Positions 42,351 to 64,000 of a stretch of DNA of 64,000 nt are shown in pieces (position 1 is the stretch's first letter; the number at the start of each line of letters is the position of its first letter). A program made the position numbers and the translations under genes. This stretch comes from the human T2T-CHM13v2.0 reference genome, Homo sapiens: assembly GCF_009914755.1 (NCBI RefSeq), contig NC_060943.1, one strand, 5' to 3'. The notes below the pieces were generated by a model, which saw only the letters and a program-made list of their open reading frames with translations, searched no databases and was not told the origin of the DNA.

Positions 42351-42657
42351 CTTGTAAGGATGCCTGAGACTCCGAATCTGCGTACTCCTCCAGCAGCTTC
42401 ACAGAATCACTGTCCTTCCCGGAGTACAGGGACAAGGTGTCTAAGTTGTCCTCCAGCACCTCGCTGGACATGTCAGGCGTTGGGAGGCTGGGGTCCGGGT
42501 CCAGACCACTCAGGCCAGCATAAAGAAAGCCTCGCGTGTTGGGACCCAAATCCCGGTTGAGGGTGTCGCTGCAGTTGAGCCCTTGGCTCTCTGAAAATGA
42601 AGGGAGGTGCATTTCTGATGGGAGGGCACCCTCGTCTCCAAGGCTGTACTGGTCCAT
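42351..42657 (-). CDS. ZNF541: ZNF541 coding exon 1/15 (start codon; the exon begins at 42755 including UTR)
   Basis: gagccATGG Kozak; MDQYSLGDEGALPSEMHLPSFSESQG...SQASLQ|gtgagg; acceptor cttcattttcag at 42756. Confidence 0.94.
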
Positions 42658-42799
42658 GGCTCTCCACTGCCAGGTCTTGGCCAAAAGCTACTCTCCAGAT
42701 AAGCAAAACCATGTAAGGAGACAGGGAGGAGAGAGCCCTTGATGGCAACTAATTCCTGAAAATGAAGCAAGAAGAATGAAAGTTATTAGGTGGCAAAAC

Positions 42800-42985
42800 A
42801 GCATTGTGGGCAGAGCACGGACTTGCAATGCAAGCAGACCTCGATCTGGGTCTGTTCTCTGCCTCATAACAGCCATGTGGCTTTGGGCAAGTCACTTAAG
42901 CTCCACGAGCCCCAGGTGCCTCATCTGTAAACTGGGCATAAGAGTACTTCCTTCACAAGGTTGTTGTAACAAATAAAAGTACTTC
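42800..42985. mobile_element. MIR element just upstream of the first coding exon's acceptor
   Basis: MIR core tgggcaagtcacttaa...cctcatctgtaaactggg. Confidence 0.65.
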
Positions 42986-43182
42986 CAGCAACATGGTGGA
43001 CTGAACTGACCTCTTGCTCCAGCTATAAACATATACATGTATGACAAAAGATAATTTTTTAACACATAGCCTAGGTCAAAAGACAGGAAAAATCCCAAGT
43101 GCCAGCAGCAACAAGAAAACTCAATGCTGGAGGTGTAAGCTCACGTAGGCCCCAGGGGAAAATCAGAATCAGATACAGGGCC

Positions 43183-44000
<818 letters not shown>

Positions 44001-44149
44001 CGTCTGGGACCTGGGATGATAGCAGACACGTGGGTGAGGGAAACAGGGCCTTGAGTTCCCAGGAAACGGAGGCCTGGGGCCCTGGAAGAGCTGAACCATC
44101 CACAGGAAAACTAAATAAATGAAAAGAAAAGCTTCACACAAGCCTAGAA

Positions 44150-49521
<5,372 letters not shown>

Positions 49522-50405
49522 TCAGATGACCTGTGGCCTTCTGTGTCTGGCTTCTTTCACTAAGCACAGTGTTTTCAAGGTTCACCCCCATTGCAGCACG
49601 TGTCACTGCTCCATTTCTTTCCAGGGCTAAATAATGTTCCCCTGTCTGGAGAGACCACATTTTGTTTAACCACTCTCCTGTTGATGAACATTTGGGTTAC
49701 TTCCATTTGGGGGCTATTGTGAATAATTCTGCTCACACCTAGATGTTAAAGAAATGCTTCATGACTCACTGAATAACAAATCTAGTGCATACTTGAATAA
49801 CGGGAGTTTGGGACTAGATTTCTAGGCCACCAGTTTCTACTTTCTAAGAACTTTTCATGTTGATATGTAATAGAACCTCTGCACCTGCAATGTCTGCATT
49901 GCATGTTATATGTCTACCTGCCTGTCTGCGTGTATGCAGCCTATTGAGGCAGCACAAATTTAAAGTCACATACAGGTACGTAATCCCATATACAACTCTG
50001 AGACCCAACTGAGTTTCAGAATTTGAGGGGGTTTTAGAAGTGTAAATCAATGCATACCCCGTATTTTAAGTAACTTCCAGTGGGGTTCAAGGCAGTACCT
50101 GGTAACCAAATAATTATTTCTGCATCATTGCCTATGACCACTCAGCGTACGTGAAATAAAGGCTGTGAAAAGCAACATGTAGGGTCAGGTTTGGCCACCA
50201 GATGATATTCGAGATGCCTCAGGATTCTCAGAGCTTTTTGGGTTTCCAAAAAATCAGGGAGAGGAGTGTGGATCTGTAAGCCAAATTCAAATTTCACCAG
50301 TTCCACAGTGTCTGCTACAGTGCTGCTATAAACTGTTTTCACCACTCTATGAGGGGAAAAACCCATCTCCCCCTGCATCTCCCAATAATAAAAACAAGTG
50401 AATAA

Positions 50406-50585
<180 letters not shown>

Positions 50586-51356
50586 TAGTAGAGATAGGGT
50601 TTCACCACGCTGGTCAGGCTGGTCTCAAACTCCTGACCTCAGGTGATCCACCCGCCTCGGCCTCCCAAAGTGCTGGGATTACAGGCATAAGCCCCCGCGC
50701 CTGGCCTAAAAATCGTATTTATTAAGCACTTTCTCCACATCGGGTATCATACCAAGTGCTTTATATGCATTAACTTACTTCTCACAAAAACCTAGATTGT
50801 AGTATTACTTCCCTTTTACAAATAAGAGAGACTAATTTGTCCAAAGTCAAAACCCAACAGCCAGATCTTAAACCCAGATACTCTGACATTAGCGCTAATG
50901 GTCTTGCCCATTACACAGTACTGATTCCCTATAAACTGAACTGTATACTGCACTGCTCCAATTAAACTACAAAACACATAAGGTGCTGGGTCAGGGGGAA
51001 GAATGTCTCTGGACTCCCCAAGGCCAAATCACCTGCTTTCCAATATACTCCCATAGTCCACAGAACAAACTGGTCAGGTTACAACCTCAGACAGGCAAGC
51101 CAAAAGTCCAAAGGCCATGCCTTGATATTTACATCCTTCTCCAGACAGTAAAGCAAAACCCTCTCTACCGATACTGAGCTTCCTTTTATTCTGTCAACAA
51201 ATACATTCAATTCAACAAGAGTTTTAGCACCTTCTAGGTACAAAACTCTCTGCTAGCCCTTACGAGGCAGAGTTTATGGTCTCCTGCAACCCGGCAGACA
51301 TTCCCAAGGACCCAAATACTCTTTCCAAGAATTTTATCATTTTGTGTTTTCATTTA

Positions 51357-52140
51357 AATGCTCAACATCACTAACGATCAGGGAAATGCAAATCAGAACC
51401 ACAATGGGATACCACCTTACTCCTGCAAGAATGGCCGTAATCAAAAAATAAAAAAATAACAGATGTTGGCATGGATGCGGTGAACAAGAAACCTTTCTAC
51501 ACTGCTGGTGGGAATGTAAACTAGTACAGCCACTATAGAAAACAGTGTGGACATTCCTTAAAGAACAAAAAGTGGAACTACCATTTGATCCAGCAATCTC
51601 ACTCCTGGGTATCTACCCAGAGGAAAAGAAGTCATTATAAGAAAAAGATACTTGCACATGCATGTTTAGAGCAGCATAATTTGCAATTCCAAAAATACGG
51701 AACCAGCCCAAATGCCCACCATCAATCAAGGAGTGGATAAAGAAATATATATATGATGGAATACTACTCAGCCATAAAAAGGAACGAAATAATGGCATTC
51801 ACAGCAACCTGGATTGAACTGGAGACTATTATTCTTCTAAGTGAAGTAACTCAGGAATGGAAAATCAAACATCGTATGTTCTCACTTTGTAAGTGAGAGC
51901 TAAGCTATGAGGATTAAAGGCATAAGAATGATACAATGGACTTTGGGGACTTGGGGGGAAAGGGTGGGAGGGGATGAGGGATAAAAGACTACAAATTGGG
52001 TTCAATGTATACTGCTTGGGTGATGGGTACACTAAAATCTTACAAATCACCACTAAAGAACTTACTCATATAACCGAGTACCACCTGTTCCCCCAAAATC
52101 TATGGAAATAAAAAACTAAAAAAAGAAAAAAGAAAAGAAA
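51357..52140 (+). mobile_element. L1 3' end (L1PB-like), 5'-truncated, with A-rich tail
   Basis: End of ORF2 and 3'UTR (aactagtacagccactat...ctacccagaggaaaagaagtc...atcaccactaaagaactt), AATAAA and A tail. Confidence 0.8.
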
Positions 52141-52758
52141 AACCCAGTACATCTGGATCATTAGAGGACTCCCTTGTAACCGAGTACTACCATGTGGTTT
52201 CAATGCCTGGGTGTGTTTATGATTGCACTCATGCCAAAAAGGACTACTTAATTGCTTCAGGCTAAAAAGAAGAGGATGGAGGGGGATTTAGTTCATAATA
52301 ATGCCTTCGGGCTCTACTAGAGGCCAGCTGGCATCACGGTACAAATGGAAGTTTTGCTGCAGTTCAAATTGAGACAAGGGATGGGAGAATTGAGACCTCA
52401 CAGGGCCTGCTAAACCCAAAAGGGCCCAGAGTGGCAGTCGGCAAAGTAATTGTTTCAAGGAGCAGGTAAGTTTCAGGAAATGGTATCCCTCTCATTAAAT
52501 TAAATCGGTTTGGTTGCTTTGTTTATATTTAATTTGCAAATTGATTTTGGCTTTATAGCTGCACAGGAGCTATACACTTTAGGAACTTATGTCTTGTTCT
52601 ATCATCACTGATGCCTTAATAGTTTTAAAACAATTTAAGTCAACATTGGGGATCCGAAGCAATTTTAATTTTTTTTCTTTTAAAAAAATGCTATCAGCCC
52701 AGCGCAGTGGCTCACGTCTGTAATCCCAGCATTTTGGGAAGCTGAGGTGTGCGGATCA

Positions 52759-53052
<294 letters not shown>

Positions 53053-53440
53053 CTATGAAATGCTACGACCTTTTGGGAAGGTAACCTACCATGAGATTCT
53101 AGACTGTAGAAGTAAGTCCACAATAGATAAATAATATTTACTATGTGTGTTGTTTGGAGGGGAGGGAACAATCTGAATGCCCATCTGATTTACAAATATA
53201 TTTTATTTAGTCTGCAATATATTTAAATATGTTTCCATTAGTTATCCAGTTAAAGAATAGATGGGGCCAGGTATGGTGGCTCACACCTATAATCCCACCA
53301 CTTTGGACAGCTGAGGCAGGCAGATCACCTGAGGTCAGGAGTTCAAGACCAGCCTGACCAATATAGTGAAACCCCATCTCTACCAAAACTACAAAAATTA
53401 GCTCGGCATAGTGGCACTCACCTGTAGTACCAGCTACTCA

Positions 53441-53638
<198 letters not shown>

Positions 53639-53664
53639 TCAGGAGATTGAGACCATCCTGGCTA

Positions 53665-54420
<756 letters not shown>

Positions 54421-56059
54421 GGATTTCTCATTCAAGTTAGGCTTTCCAACTTCTATTTAAAAATGTGAAAGAAAAAATCAGAAGATCTGCCAATGCTGAG
54501 TCCACATTCCTGCAAGGCAACAATTGGTTGGAGGTGAGAAGCCCCCACCACTCCCTATTCTCTCAGCTCACTGATTTCTGTGCCCTGCCAGGCCTCTGGA
54601 GGCATCTGAGTTTATGACCCTCCAAATGAAACCCTCCAAACTCAGGCTTAAATGTCACCTCCACTATAGAGAACACTTCCAACATAACAAAGTCTGAGAT
54701 TAATTTCTCCCTCCTCTGAACCCTGACAAGCACTTGTGTAACAATCCACTTAACATTTACTCTAAATTATCTAGGAAGTTAATTATCTTTAAAGTTCTCC
54801 CATTTTCTCCAGACTCTCAGCTCTAGGATGGCTGGGACTCGGCCTTAGGTGTCTAAACTTCTCACAGTATCTTGCCTAGCACAGAACTTTGATCACAGAA
54901 GGCTCTGAGCATCCTTTTCATTCATGAGTGACAGAATTCCATTGTGCCACCTCTTTTCCTCTTTGAAAAGCTCCAACCACTGTTCTGCCACCACACCCCC
55001 CACCTCCTAAGCACCACCTTCTCCCTTCTCTCCCTGCATCCATGTTACCAGGGAAAGGGTCATCAAGTCTGAGTAACAGCAGGTTCCTGGGAGTTGAGCA
55101 GACAGACTTGCAGCTTTCACCCTAGCTATGCAATTTCCTTCATTTTATTTTATTTTATTTTTTGAGACAGGGTCTTACTCTGTCGCCCAGACTGGAGTGC
55201 AGTGGCGTGATCTCGGCTCACTGAACCTCCACCTCGCGGATTCAAGCGATTCTCCCATCTCAGCCACCCGAGTAGCTGGGTTTACAAGCATGTGCCACCA
55301 CACCTGGCTAATTTTTGTATTTTTAATAGAGACAGGGTTTTGCCATGTTGGCCAGGCTGGCCTCGACCTCCTGCCGTCAAGCAATCCACCTGCCTCAGCC
55401 TCCCAAAGTGCTGGTATTACAGGTGCAAGCCACTGCACCCGGCCTGCAATTTCCTTCCTTACTTTCCTACTCCAATTTTTTTTGTTTTCCTGAGTTGAAG
55501 TCTCTCTCTGTCACTCAGGCTGGAGTGCAATGGCGTGGCCTTGGCTCATTGCAACCTCCGCCTCCTGGGTTCAAGTGATTTTCCTCCTCAACCTTCCGAG
55601 TAGCTGGGACTACAGGTGCACACCACCACACTGGGCTAATTTTTGTATTTTTAGTAGAGACGAGGTTTCACTATGTTGGCCAGGCTGGTCTCAAACTCCT
55701 GACCTCGTGATCCACCCACCTCGGCCTCTCAAAATGCTAGGATTACAGGCGTGAGCCACTGTGCCCAGCCTCCACTCCAAATATTATTGTAAACTATAGA
55801 CCCATTTTGTTTGGCCTACACAGTATTTTTACAAATTGGATTAGTCATCAACATTTTTTTTTAATGGGGAGATTTCACCTTCCTATATGGATTTCTGGTT
55901 TCTTTTGAAAATGATTAGATTTGATATTCCTTCACAGTTAACAACGAGGTAGATCTGAGGGACAAATGGCATCTCTAGAAAGGGCTTATGGTCTCCAGTT
56001 TTCCCAGCCCTCACTTATCTTCCTGCCTGGCCCTTATAATATTCATCATTGTAATAATA

Positions 56060-56300
56060 ATAATAATAATAACAGTGAACATTTATTGAGGCTTTATGAC
56101 ATGCCAGGTACTCTTGTAATCACTTGTATGTCATCGTATTTAATTCCCACAATACTTGAGGCATATACTGTATTATTAACCCTATTTCACCAATGAGGTA
56201 AATAGTCCAGAGAAGTTGAGTAACTTGCCCAAAACCAAGCTAGGATTCAACCCTGGGTAGTCTAATTTCGAAACCCTTACGCTTGCCCGCTCCACTATGC
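56060..56300. mobile_element. MIR element
   Basis: acatttattgagg...ccctatttcaccaatgagg...aagttgagtaacttgcccaa. Confidence 0.6.
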
Positions 56301-56526
56301 TTTTATCACACACTTGAGACTGGGACTCCTGCTTCACACTCGTGCCTACATTCTTAAGTAGAACAATCAAGAAAGACTTCCAGCTGGGCAAGGTCATTCT
56401 CGCCTGTAATCCCAGCACTTTCTGAGGCCTAGGTAGGAAGATTGCTTGAGTCCAGGAGTTCAAGACCAGCCCGGGCAACAAAGTGAGATCCCCGCCGCCC
56501 CCCACCCATCTCTACAAAAAAAATCA

Positions 56527-56676
<150 letters not shown>

Positions 56677-56887
56677 TCAAGAAAAGAAAGGAGAAAAGAA
56701 AAGAGCAAAACAAAGCACAAAGACTCCCTCCTATAGTCTTATAGTTATGTAACCAATAACTAATTTTAACCAGAAGGTAAAGTCATTTTCTCTGGCCGGG
56801 CACGGTGGCTCACGACTCTAATTCCAGCACTTTGGGAGGCTGAGGCGGGCAGATCACAAGGTCAGGAGATCGAGACCATCCTGGCTA

Positions 56888-57112
<225 letters not shown>

Positions 57113-57271
57113 TCATGCCTGTAATCCCAGCACTTTGGGAGGCTGACGCAGGCAGATCACTGGAGGCCAGGAGTTTGAGACCGCCTTGCCAACATGGTGA
57201 AAACCCGTCTCTACTAAAAATACAAAAATTAGCCGGGCATGGTGGTGGGCACCTGTAATCCCAGGTACTCA

Positions 57272-57448
<177 letters not shown>

Positions 57449-57564
57449 TTAAAATCAATTAATAAACATTTTGAAAGTTGATTAGTTTAAACTTCTAATA
57501 CAGCAAATGCCAGTAGATAAAGTTTACATAAACAAAAATTCTCTACAGCCTTCAATAATTTTTA

Positions 57565-58180
<616 letters not shown>

Positions 58181-58695
58181 TGAGCCACTGCGCCCAGCCT
58201 ACGCTGTCTTATTTAATTCTTAAATTATCAAATGTGTTGCTAGCATTTAAAAATCAGAAGGTTTCACCTAAGGATAGTTTTCTGGCCTCTTCTCAAAGAA
58301 ATCGAAAGTTCTGGCAACACTGGCCTGGCATTTCCACTGCCTGGCATCACTTAGATGGGACATACAATCTTTGCTTCACGACAATCCTTACTTCTTCCCT
58401 TTACCTGTGCCTTACCTGTAAGTATCTGAGTTGCCACCCTGAGCTAGGGAAGGAAAAACGTTTTTTGCAATAAACATCAATAAAGAAACACACATCAATC
58501 TATGTCTGCACTCCTCCTAACAGGTCAACATGCACAATAAATAGCCCTTTTCCCTGTTTGACTTCTCCAAAGCAGTAACTTGTATGATTACCATTAGTAC
58601 GGACTTTGGTATTGCTTAGAAACCCTCTTGAGAAAGAACGAGATCTATCCAACAAAGCAGGTGTCTTTGGCTCAGTGCAAAGGAAGGAAACTCAC

Positions 58696-58842
58696 CAGAA
58701 GAGCAAGTTAGTGAATCTCCAGGGAACAGGAGGACCCAGTTTAGGCCCCACAGGGAGGGGGTTCAGGTGACAAGCAGACCACTGGATATGTCCTCCTGGA
58801 ACACTGAGTGGTAAATGCAGGATACTCCCAATTTCTTTTGCC
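58696..58842 (-). other. ZNF541: Predicted ZNF541 non-coding 5'UTR exon
   Basis: Polypyrimidine acceptor cttccttcccaccacctgctttcag|G and strong donor CTG|GTGAGT, in unique sequence ~1 kb downstream of the CpG island. Confidence 0.6.
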
Positions 58843-59479
58843 CTGAAAGCAGGTGGTGGGAAGGAAGAAGCAGTCAGGACTTGGGTCCCAAAGAAACAAG
58901 AACAGAGATGTGAAAATGGAGAAGAGCAACAATTTTTGGAAGAAGGCAGAAAGCAGTATCAACAGCGGAGATTTGAGTGAGGAGGAAAGGTTTTTTTGGT
59001 AAGAAGAAATAATTGTTCCTTCTTTCCTTATTTTTCCCCCGTGGGAAGAGACCTAGAGAATTTTACCGGGAGAAACTTAATTAGGGCAGAATTGGTGATA
59101 AAATAAGGATATTTGCTGGAAAGTTGGGGGTAGGTGAGGAGGACTGGAAACATAAATATTAGACGAGAGAGAAACTGGAAGGAATTAGTTGGTTTGTTCT
59201 AAGCGAAGATATTCCAAAAAGGGGCACTCTAGGTGTGAAGAAAAAAATTTTGCTGGAAAGTGATCCTGAACGGATGAAAAAAAACTGGGTTAATTTTTTT
59301 TCTTTTTTTGCGCTAAGGGAAGTTACTTAAAGGAGGGGGAGGGGCATGTCAAGGAAAGGAGGAGAGATTTGGAGTTTTGCTGGAAGATCCTAAAAAGGGA
59401 TAAATCTGGGTGCCCCAAAGTGGGACTATGGAGGAGGAAGGGGGATTCTGAGCAGAAGGGGCCTGGAAGAGGCTAGCGA

Positions 59480-60450
59480 ATGCAAGGCCCAGATGCAGAA
59501 GGTGGGGAGGTCGGGTAGGGCCCGCGGCGCGAGCTGGGGGGCTGCGAGGGGGCAGTTGAGGCCCGGGGGGACGGAGTGGGAAAGAAAAGGGGGTGCAGCG
59601 GGCCAGGGGATCCTGAGGAGGGTCTTCTCCAAGGGGGAAGGGCCTGTGGGGTGCAGCGGGGCCCGGAGCTGTTGGGTTGCAGAAGATGCGTGCGTGACGC
59701 AGGGTGAGGGGCGCCCGCCGCGCCTGCTGCGCCCCTCGAAAGGCAGATGGGGCCCCCTAAAAAAAGAAATCAAGAAACGAATGAGATTGTAAAAAGGGGG
59801 AGGGGTTGAAAAAAGAGGAAATAATAGTAATGGGGGATAAGGAGGAAAGGGAGGGGCAGGGGCAGCAGCAACCGGGTTTTACCCGCCCCCGGGGGCTCGC
59901 GCGCCGGGCCTCGCGCCTGGCGCCTCGCGGGGCTCCCAGCGGCCTCCCGCCTTCCCCGCGCCGCCCGGGGCGCACGCGCAGCCCGGCCCACCCCCGGATC
60001 TCCTCGCTCACGCGCGGCGCAGGCGCGCGTACGTGACCGCGGGCCGCCTCACGCCTCCCAGAGCGGCCTCGCGCGTGCCTCCTGGCCGCGCGCTCTCGGC
60101 TGCTTCTCCGAGGGGCGGGGCTTGCCGCGGGCGGGAAAGGAGGCGGTTGGTCGCCATTTTGGGAGGGGGCGGTTGAGGGCGGAGAGTGAGAAGAGTGAGC
60201 CGGGGAGGAGCGGCGGGGGGAGGGGCCAGTCCCCCAAGACCCGCATCCCGAGGCCGAGAGTCCCGGGAGCCTCCACTCCAGCCATTGTTCCTGGTGGGCG
60301 GTGTTAGAACGCGGTGGCGGCCGCTGGATGGCTGCCCCCAGTCCCCGGAGGGGCCTCTGAGCAGCGTCCTGGTGCTGGGAGGCCGTATCGTCTGTTTCCG
60401 AGGACCCTGTCGCGAGCGCGGGAGTCTCTCAGGGTCTCTTCTGCGTCATT
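59480..60450 (-). promoter_or_regulatory. ZNF541: ZNF541 CpG-island promoter
   Basis: Very high CpG density. E2F-type GGCGGGAAA at 60130, MYB-type CAACCG (minus) at 60144 and 60170, YY1-type CGCCATTTT at 60152, GC boxes. Confidence 0.82.
59883..60100 (-). other. ZNF541: Predicted ZNF541 first (non-coding) exon; TSS approximate
   Basis: Core of the CpG island, ending at candidate donor CGG|GTAAAA (59882). Confidence 0.4.
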
Positions 60451-60829
60451 GGGTGGGGGAGATGTGGGGCGAGCTGCTCCTCCCTTTTTTTAAAATTTTT
60501 TTCAGAGACAGGGTCTCTCCCTGTCCCCCAGGCTGCGATCACGGCTGCCGCACCCTCCCCTTCCTGGGCTCAGGCGATCCTCCTGCCTCAGTCTCTTGAG
60601 TAGCAGCGACCACAGGCGGGCGCCGCCACACCTTGCTAATTTTTACATTTTTTTTAGAGATAAGGTCTCGCCATGTTGCCCAGGCTAGCCTGGTTCCCCT
60701 GGGCTCAAGCGATCCTCCTGCCTCAGTCTCCCAAAGCATTGGGATTATAGGTGAGAGCCACCGCGCCCGGCCTATTCCTCCCTTCTTTGGGGAAAGGCTG
60801 AGCCATCTGGGGCCCCTGCTCCGTGCTGA

Positions 60830-61069
<240 letters not shown>

Positions 61070-61349
61070 TAGAGACGGGGTTTCACCATGTTGGCCAGGC
61101 TGGTCTTAAATTCCTGACCTCAGGTGATCAGGTGATCCGCCTGCTTCTGCCTCCCAAAGTGCTGGGATTACAGACCTGAGCCACCGTGCCCGACCTGGCC
61201 AAGGGGTTTGAACTGTCCTGCAACTGAGGCAGATAATTCATTCCTTAGAAACGGAGTGCTGAAGATCTGTGGAGAATGAGAGCAGATTAGTGGTTGCCCG
61301 GGGTGGAAAGGGGCATCGCGGATCTTATCTGGGTAATGGAAATATTCTA

Positions 61350-61460
<111 letters not shown>

Positions 61461-61929
61461 CTAGTGAAACCCTGTCTCTAAAAAAAAAAAAAAAAAAAAT
61501 TAACTGGAGATGGTGGCATGCGCCTGTAGTCCCAGCTACTTGGGAGGCTGAGGCAGGAGGATCGCTTGAGCCTGGGAGTCCAAGGCTGCAGTGAGCTATA
61601 TGATCAGGCCATTGCACCCCAGACTGGGGGATAGAGCGAGACTCTGATGGGGGAAAAAAAGGGTTATGGTGATGGTTGCACAACTCAGTAAATTTCTAAA
61701 AATCAGTAAGTATACACTTAAGTGAGTGACTTTTATGTAAATTATACCTCAAAGTTTTTTTTTTTTTTTAATTGATTATTGGGGGAGGAAACAGAGGAAA
61801 GAAGAGGGCCTGTCATCTTGCTTTAGGATCCCTTCATTTAGCAAGTTTTTATTGGGTCTCTGTTCTAGGTGCTCAGATATAGTGTCTGGGTCAAACAGAC
61901 ATTCCTCTCCTCCTGGAACTTATGTTTTA

Positions 61930-62585
61930 GAGCAGTGCTGTTCAGTAGTAATAAAATGCAAACTTCAAGCACCAGCCACTTATGTAATTTTACATTTTCT
62001 AGTAGCCATGTTTAAAAGGAACAAAATGTAAAGAAGGCAGGTGTGGCGGCTGGCACTTGTAGCCCAGCTACTTGTGAGGCTGAGACAGGAGGATCACTTG
62101 AACCCAAGAGTTGGAGACTGCAGTGAGCTATGGCCCTGTCTGTGTAGAGCCACTGCACCAGCCTGGGCAACATAGTGGGACCCATTCTCTTAAAAAAAAA
62201 AAAAAATGGCTTGGGACGGGTGTGGTGGTTCACACCTGTAATCTCAACACTTTGAGAGGCTGAGGCAGGAGGATTGCTTGAGTTCAGGAGGTCAAGACCA
62301 GCCTGGGCAACACACCCAAACCTAAAAATCAAATAAATAAAAGTAAATAATAAAATAAAAGAGAAAGAAACACAAGTGAAATTAATTTGGTAATATTTAA
62401 TCCCAAATATTTCAACACATTATCAGTATAAAAACTAAGAGATAATTTACACTTTTGGGGCTGTCTTTAAAACCCCACATATACAGTATTTTACATTCAC
62501 GGGACATCTCAATTCAGACCAGCCACATTTCCAGGGCTCCATGGAACCTTGTAGCGAGTGGCTCTGGTACTGACAGCATACCTCT
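61930..62585. mobile_element. MER33-like element split by Alu monomers
   Basis: cagtgctgttcagtag...ttttctagtagccat...acatctcaattcagaccagccacatttcc. Confidence 0.55.
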
Positions 62586-63219
62586 ACAGGGGGACAAGCA
62601 AATGCATTTACTTTTTTTGTTGTATTTTTTTGATACAGGGTCTCACTATGTCACCTAGGCTGAAGTGCATTGTTGTAATCATGCCTCGCTGCATCCTTGA
62701 CTTCCTGGGCCCAAGCTATTATACCACCTCAGCCTCCTGAGTAGCTGGTACTACAGGCCTGCACCACCACACCCAGCTAATTTTTTGTATTTTTAGTAGA
62801 GACAGGGTTTTGCCATGTTGGCCAGGCTGGTTTTGAACTCCTAGGCTCAAGCAGTCTTCCTGCCTTGGCCTCCCAACATGCTGGGATTACAGGAGTGAGC
62901 CACCGTGCCTGGCTGCAAATACATTTATAATGCAGTATGTTATACCTTGAAGAAAAACAAAGGAAAGAGGATGGGGTCAGAGGGTATTGTTTTATACAGG
63001 TCAGTAAAGGCTTCTCTGGTGAGATTGCATTGAGCAGAGATCTGAAGGAAGTAAGGAAGGGTCCTATGAAAATATCTGGGGGAAGAAGAGAGGGAACAGC
63101 ACGTGCACAGGCACTGAGGCAGGAAGATGTGGAACCCTTTTGAAAGACAGCAGAGAGGCCAGGCATGGTGGCTTATGCTTGTAATCCCAGCAATTTGGGG
63201 GGCCCAGGTAGGCTGATCA

Positions 63220-63525
<306 letters not shown>

Positions 63526-64000
63526 TTACAGGTCATGCTAAGGCAGGAATTAAACTCCTGGAAACAATTTCAGAGGGTTCTTCCTTTATTTAGCACACTT
63601 TTTGTTTTGTGGGGTTTTTTGTTTGTTTCTTTTATTTTCTTTCTTTTTTTCTTTTTTCTTTTTCTTCTTTTTTTTCTTTTGAGACAGAGTCGCGCTCTGT
63701 AACCCAGGCTGGAGTGCAGTGGCACCATCTCGGCTCAATGCAACCTCTGTCTCCTGGGTTCAAGTGATTCTCCTGCCTCAGCCTTCTAAGTACCTGGGAT
63801 TACAGGCTCGTGCCACCACGCCCAGCTAATTTTTTGTATTTTTAGTAGAGACGGGGTTCCACCATGTTAGCCAGGATGGTCTCCATCTCCTGACCTCGTG
63901 ATCCACCCGCCTCAGCTCCCAAAGTGCTAGGATTACAGGTGAGAGCCACTGTGCCTGGCCTTCTTTTCTTTTTCTTGTTTTCTTTTTTTTTTTCGCTTAT

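Overview
Primate genomic DNA, most likely human 19q13.3, very rich in Alu elements, with two protein-coding genes on the minus strand. (1) At the left end is the CpG-island promoter and first coding exon of NAPA (alpha-SNAP; [36 protein letters not shown] at 1744). (2) Most of the window (~7435-60100) is the whole ZNF541 gene, a germ-cell ELM2-SANT/C2H2 HDAC1/2 scaffold of the TRERF1/MIDEAS family. I assembled 15 coding exons by hand. All have GT-AG boundaries and consistent phases, and they total 4041 nt (1346 aa + TGA). I also predict two non-coding 5' exons, a CpG-island promoter near 60 kb and an AATAAA at 7455-7460. Introns are filled with Alus, old L1 fragments, MIR/L2, hAT MERs and one MER9 (HML-3) solo LTR. 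Almost all short ORFs in the supplied track are Alu/L1 or GC-content artefacts. I found no new multi-gene system. The most interesting leads are regulatory: an out-of-frame overlapping uORF, a sense-oriented LTR poly(A) signal that would separate the zinc fingers from ELM2-SANT, an in-frame +19-aa alternative acceptor, a MIDEAS-like YTPPPxLSP loop, a 1855-nt exon flanked by inverted Alus, and a splice donor just past the poly(A) signal pointing toward NAPA.
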